Source: a bacterium
Lineage (GTDB): Bacteria; Zhuqueibacterota; Zhuqueibacteria; Residuimicrobiales; Krinioviventaceae
Length of the DNA stretch: 64,000 nt
Direction of reading: 5' to 3'
Assembly: GCA_963675755.2 (NCBI GenBank)
Contig: CAXXMD010000003.1
Span: 320,001-384,000 of the forward strand
In this document: piece by piece, positions 60,626-64,000 of the stretch
Layout: each line of letters starts with the position of its first letter
Position numbering within the stretch: the stretch's first letter is position 1
The notes under the pieces: model-generated
Databases searched by the model: none
The model's input: the letters and a program-made list of their open reading frames with translations, nothing else
What the model was told of the DNA's origin: nothing
Translations under genes and position numbers: made by a program

Positions 60626-61246
60626 ATGGAGATTGTATTGAACAACCCCAATTCCGCCGCACCGGCAATGGTATCGCAAGCCCGTCAAACCATAACCAGC
60701 GATACAGATGCGATACGCTATTGCCAGCAAGGTAACGCGCAAGCGTTTGGCTATCTGGTGGAAAAATATATGCAAAGGGCCTACTATTCCGCTTTAGGAC
60801 TGGTTGGCTCGCATGACAATGCGGTTGACTTGTCTCAAGACGCATTTGTAAGGGCGTTTAAAGCGATAAAATCCTTTGATCCCAGTCGCAGCTTTTTTAC
60901 CTGGTATTATCGTATTTTACGCAACCTGTGCTTTAACCATTTACGTGACAAATCCCGTCATGCCCGCTCTTTTTCGGAAATGGACGAGTACGAGATCAAT
61001 TCCATTGCAGATGATTCTCACAGCACAGAATCAATGGTAGAGCAAAACGAAGCTCAAAAAGCGGTCTGGCAGGGCCTTGAACAAATTAAAGAACAGGAAC
61101 GAGAAATTATCATACTCAAAGATATTCAAGATTATTCATATAAAGAAATTGCCGAAATTCTGGAATGCCCCATCGGCACCGTTATGTCCCGCCTTTATAA
61201 TGCCCGCAAAGCATTGAAAGCAAAACTGGAAGGTTTCTACTCATGA
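60626..61246 (+). CDS. ECF RNA polymerase sigma factor
   Basis: DLSQDAFVRA, FFTWYYRI, SYKEIAEIL.CPIGTVMSRLYNAR. Start uncertain. Confidence 0.92.
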   Translation: MEIVLNNPNSAAPAMVSQARQTITSDTDAIRYCQQGNAQAFGYLVEKYMQRAYYSALGLVGSHDNAVDLSQDAFVRAFKAIKSFDPSRSFFTWYYRILRNLCFNHLRDKSRHARSFSEMDEYEINSIADDSHSTESMVEQNEAQKAVWQGLEQIKEQEREIIILKDIQDYSYKEIAEILECPIGTVMSRLYNARKALKAKLEGFYS

Positions 61247-61704
61247 CAGATTATAATCATATTAAAGAAAAATTTCAAATATTAATGATGGGTGCTATAG
61301 ACGGTGAACTGGACGAGAAGCAGCAACAGGAATTTGAATCACTACTTGCAGAACACCCGGAATTTGTTCAGGAATATCAGGAATTTCAACAGCTCAAGGA
61401 GAAAACCACAGCAATGAAGTTTAAAACCCCACCTGATGAATTATGGGATACCTATTGGGTTGACATATATAACCGTATTGAACGGGGTATCGGTTGGATA
61501 TTTTTCTCAATCGGTGCAATGATACTGCTTACCTATGGTGGTTACAAATTTTTCAAAGCCATCATTCAGGACGCGCAAATGCCGGTCATAATGAAGTTTG
61601 GCACTTTTTTTCTGATCGGTGGATTGGCGGTTCTGCTGGTGTCTGTAGCACGTGAACGCATGTTCACCTACAAATCTGACCCTTATAAGGAGATTAAACG
61701 ATGA
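61243..61704 (+). CDS. Putative membrane anti-sigma factor
   Basis: DGELD...EFESLL anti-sigma-like N-terminus, two TM helices, ATGA overlap with the sigma gene. Confidence 0.7.
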   Translation: MTDYNHIKEKFQILMMGAIDGELDEKQQQEFESLLAEHPEFVQEYQEFQQLKEKTTAMKFKTPPDELWDTYWVDIYNRIERGIGWIFFSIGAMILLTYGGYKFFKAIIQDAQMPVIMKFGTFFLIGGLAVLLVSVARERMFTYKSDPYKEIKR

Positions 61705-62027
61705 TTCTCACCACTACACATACAATACATCACAAACACATTATAAAAACTCTGGGAATGGTCAAAGGCAACACCATTCGGGCCCGTTTTGTGGGTAAAG
61801 ACATAATCGCCGGTTTCAAACAACTTGTTGGTGGAGAAATTGAAGATTATACCAAACTCATGGCAGAATCACGTGAACAAGCCCTGGATCGACTGATTGC
61901 CGATGCAAAAAGTCTTGGCGCAAATGCCGTTGTAGGTGTACGGTTCAGCACCAGCGAGCTCATGGCAAACGCAGCAGAAATCCTGGTGTATGGTACTGCT
62001 GTTATAGTTGAAGAAGATGAGGATTAA
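61701..62027 (+). CDS. YbjQ/UPF0145 family protein
   Basis: GKDIIAG.KQLVGGE...Y, GANAVVG.RF, YGTAV. Confidence 0.9.
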   Translation: MILTTTHTIHHKHIIKTLGMVKGNTIRARFVGKDIIAGFKQLVGGEIEDYTKLMAESREQALDRLIADAKSLGANAVVGVRFSTSELMANAAEILVYGTAVIVEEDED

Positions 62028-62248
62028 TGATGGATCCACATATCAATTTTAATTTTATATGTCCCAAATGCAGAAACACCCAGTGTGAAATTGATCAAAT
62101 GCGCGCTACCGGTGGCGCGCTGGCTAAAATATTTGATGTACAGAATAAAAAATTCACCTCAGTTACCTGCACCAAGTGTAGATATACAGAATTCTACAAA
62201 ACCGATTCCAGCACGATTGGCAATATTTTTGATTTTTTAACAAATTAA
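62027..62248 (+). CDS. Zinc-ribbon domain protein (DUF2082-like)
   Basis: CPKC...KIFDVQN.KF..VTCTKC.YTEFY. Confidence 0.8.
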   Translation: MMDPHINFNFICPKCRNTQCEIDQMRATGGALAKIFDVQNKKFTSVTCTKCRYTEFYKTDSSTIGNIFDFLTN

Positions 62249-62284
62249 ACTTGAACCCCAAACATTGTTGTTTTATATTCAACA

Positions 62285-63043
62285 ATGATAACCCCTTTCA
62301 GGAAAAATTGTTCACAAAGATCATTTTCCGGTCTGTTAACAATCTGGACTGTTTTGCTTGCAGCGTTTCCCATGTTTGCGCAAGTATCTGTATATAATAA
62401 CATCGTTTTCCAGCAATCCCCAAGACGCACATCTTTTTCTAATTTTAAAAGACCTCAGGTATTGCATGCAAACTATCAGATAGAATTGATATCTGGTGAA
62501 AATAAAGTCTATGGCGAAGAATTTCACAGCAACAATCCCTTTTCTATAACCAAATTCTCTTTTCTGCCAATCCCAGGACACAAAGGCTGGGGTATCACAG
62601 CTGCATACATCGACGAAACAATTCCCACAGCAGACCGATATTTTTACATCTCTCCACGTTACTATTTTCAAACCAGACATGGTTGCGTTATGTATGGATT
62701 TCGTTACCACTATTCGCTAAAATATGACGAGGGCCCAACCAAAGACAGGTTGCAGCCCCTCATTGCATATAAATATGGTAACCTGGAAAAATTATACATT
62801 TCTATCGATATTTTTTCTGAAAATGTTTTTGGCGTTTTAAATATCAGCATGAATTATATTTTTCCGGATAAATATAGCAGTATCTCATTGGGGTATGTGA
62901 ATACAAAACGAGGTATCTATAACGGCTTGTCTTACAGATTGAATTATAAAGTCTATAAACGGTTCATGTTTGTTTTTCAAGGGAATCTGCACAACAAGCA
63001 TTATAATACCGGTATGCAGGCAGGGCTGGGAGTTTTGTGGTAA
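62285..63043 (+). CDS. Hypothetical secreted / outer-membrane protein
   Basis: Signal peptide, Tyr/Phe-rich beta strands, terminal W. Confidence 0.55.
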   Translation: MITPFRKNCSQRSFSGLLTIWTVLLAAFPMFAQVSVYNNIVFQQSPRRTSFSNFKRPQVLHANYQIELISGENKVYGEEFHSNNPFSITKFSFLPIPGHKGWGITAAYIDETIPTADRYFYISPRYYFQTRHGCVMYGFRYHYSLKYDEGPTKDRLQPLIAYKYGNLEKLYISIDIFSENVFGVLNISMNYIFPDKYSSISLGYVNTKRGIYNGLSYRLNYKVYKRFMFVFQGNLHNKHYNTGMQAGLGVLW

Positions 63044-63227
63044 AAAAGATTCTGTTTTAAAATTTGTGTCTAAACTTGAATTTATTAATAAACTTTCAGA
63101 ACACACATCAAGTGAATTATACAGTTTGTCATTCCATTTAATACAATTCGTGTGAATTACTGTTATTCGTATTTTCGTATTCTATCAAGTTAATTCACTT
63201 GAATCATTTATCAATTGACAACATGGC

Positions 63228-63258
63228 AAAAAAAAAGGTGCTGAGAACAGCACCTTTT
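63228..63258 (-). terminator. Rho-independent (possibly bidirectional) terminator
   Basis: AAAAGGTGCTG-AGAA-CAGCACCTTTT with A9 on the left, just after the permease stop. Confidence 0.8.
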
Positions 63259-63260
63259 AA

Positions 63261-64000
63261 TTATTCATATCTCAAAGCATCTACAGGTTCTACATTTGCG
63301 GCTTTTCTTGCCGGAAACACTCCCGAAAGCAGACCAATCAGGGTAAGTATAATTATCGTCGTCAAAACAACACCATGTGACAATAGAGGCCTGCCAAGGA
63401 ACTGCATGGGTCCGTCTCCCTGGGCCGGCATCATCCATAGCAGCTTGATCACGCCAAGAGCAACGAGAAGCCCCAATCCACCTCCAATCGCAGATATAAG
63501 CAAAGACTCGAATACAAATTGTGAAATAATATGCCTTTTTTTGGCGCCTATAGCACGTTTGATTCCAATCTCACGAGTACGTTCTTTAGCCACAACATAC
63601 ATGATATTGGCTACGCCCACACCGGCAATCACCAGGGTCATTGCACCAATTACACCCAAAAAGATATTAATCCCTTTGAATACTTTATCGCTTTGTTTTT
63701 CCTGCTCGATAAAGTCCCACATGGGTACCGCTCGTTCATCCGTGGGATCAAAACCATATTTTTTACCAAGGATGCGTCTCACTTCAGATTTCACAAGTTC
63801 GCTATTATGTGGCTGGTCCGGCTTTACAATCAATTCTCCCAGATAACGATATCCGTAAATACTCTGAAAAGTGGAAAAAGGGATAATTGCACGCCGGTCA
63901 TCCGGACCGTTATTCATTGAAGTTTGCAGTTTCTTTGGCATGATCCCAATCACCTTGAATGGGATACCATCAATGGTCAGGCTTTGCCCGATAGGGTCCT
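63261..64000 (-). CDS. MacB/FtsX-type ABC transporter permease (3' part)
   Basis: GVANIM...KERTREIGIKRAIGA, FPARKAA.VEPVDALRYE; runs off window end. Confidence 0.93.
   Translation of the reverse strand, partial: DPIGQSLTIDGIPFKVIGIMPKKLQTSMNNGPDDRRAIIPFSTFQSIYGYRYLGELIVKPDQPHNSELVKSEVRRILGKKYGFDPTDERAVPMWDFIEQEKQSDKVFKGINIFLGVIGAMTLVIAGVGVANIMYVVAKERTREIGIKRAIGAKKRHIISQFVFESLLISAIGGGLGLLVALGVIKLLWMMPAQGDGPMQFLGRPLLSHGVVLTTIIILTLIGLLSGVFPARKAANVEPVDALRYE

Overview
Chromosomal window from a diderm bacterium. Evidence: TolC/RND pump, GT9 heptosyltransferase, beta-barrel proteins. Gene style suggests a KSB1/Calditrichota-like FCB lineage (inference only). Housekeeping blocks are fba-gap-tpiA-secG-tRNA-Leu, purL/purQ, ispB-waaF-rsfS-argS and an RND efflux operon. 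The stand-out region is 19.4-24.0 kb: an intact HUH/Y1 REP-associated tyrosine transposase (RAYT) embedded in a very large, ordered set of GATC-footed hairpin repeats. I count about 25 type-A and 10 type-B copies. They form a 79-81 bp head-to-tail array, 227-bp and ~136-bp BIME-like alternating arrays, and a 321-bp near-perfect direct repeat bracketing the transposase. Related repeat clusters bracket single secreted-protein genes (an Ivy-like protein at 22.3 kb, a BNR lipoprotein at 43.3 kb), suggesting REP-bounded cargo cassettes. Second highlight: a compact PTPS-II / FolE / sepiapterin-reductase-like operon, i.e. a candidate complete tetrahydrobiopterin pathway. All coordinates and counts were read by eye.
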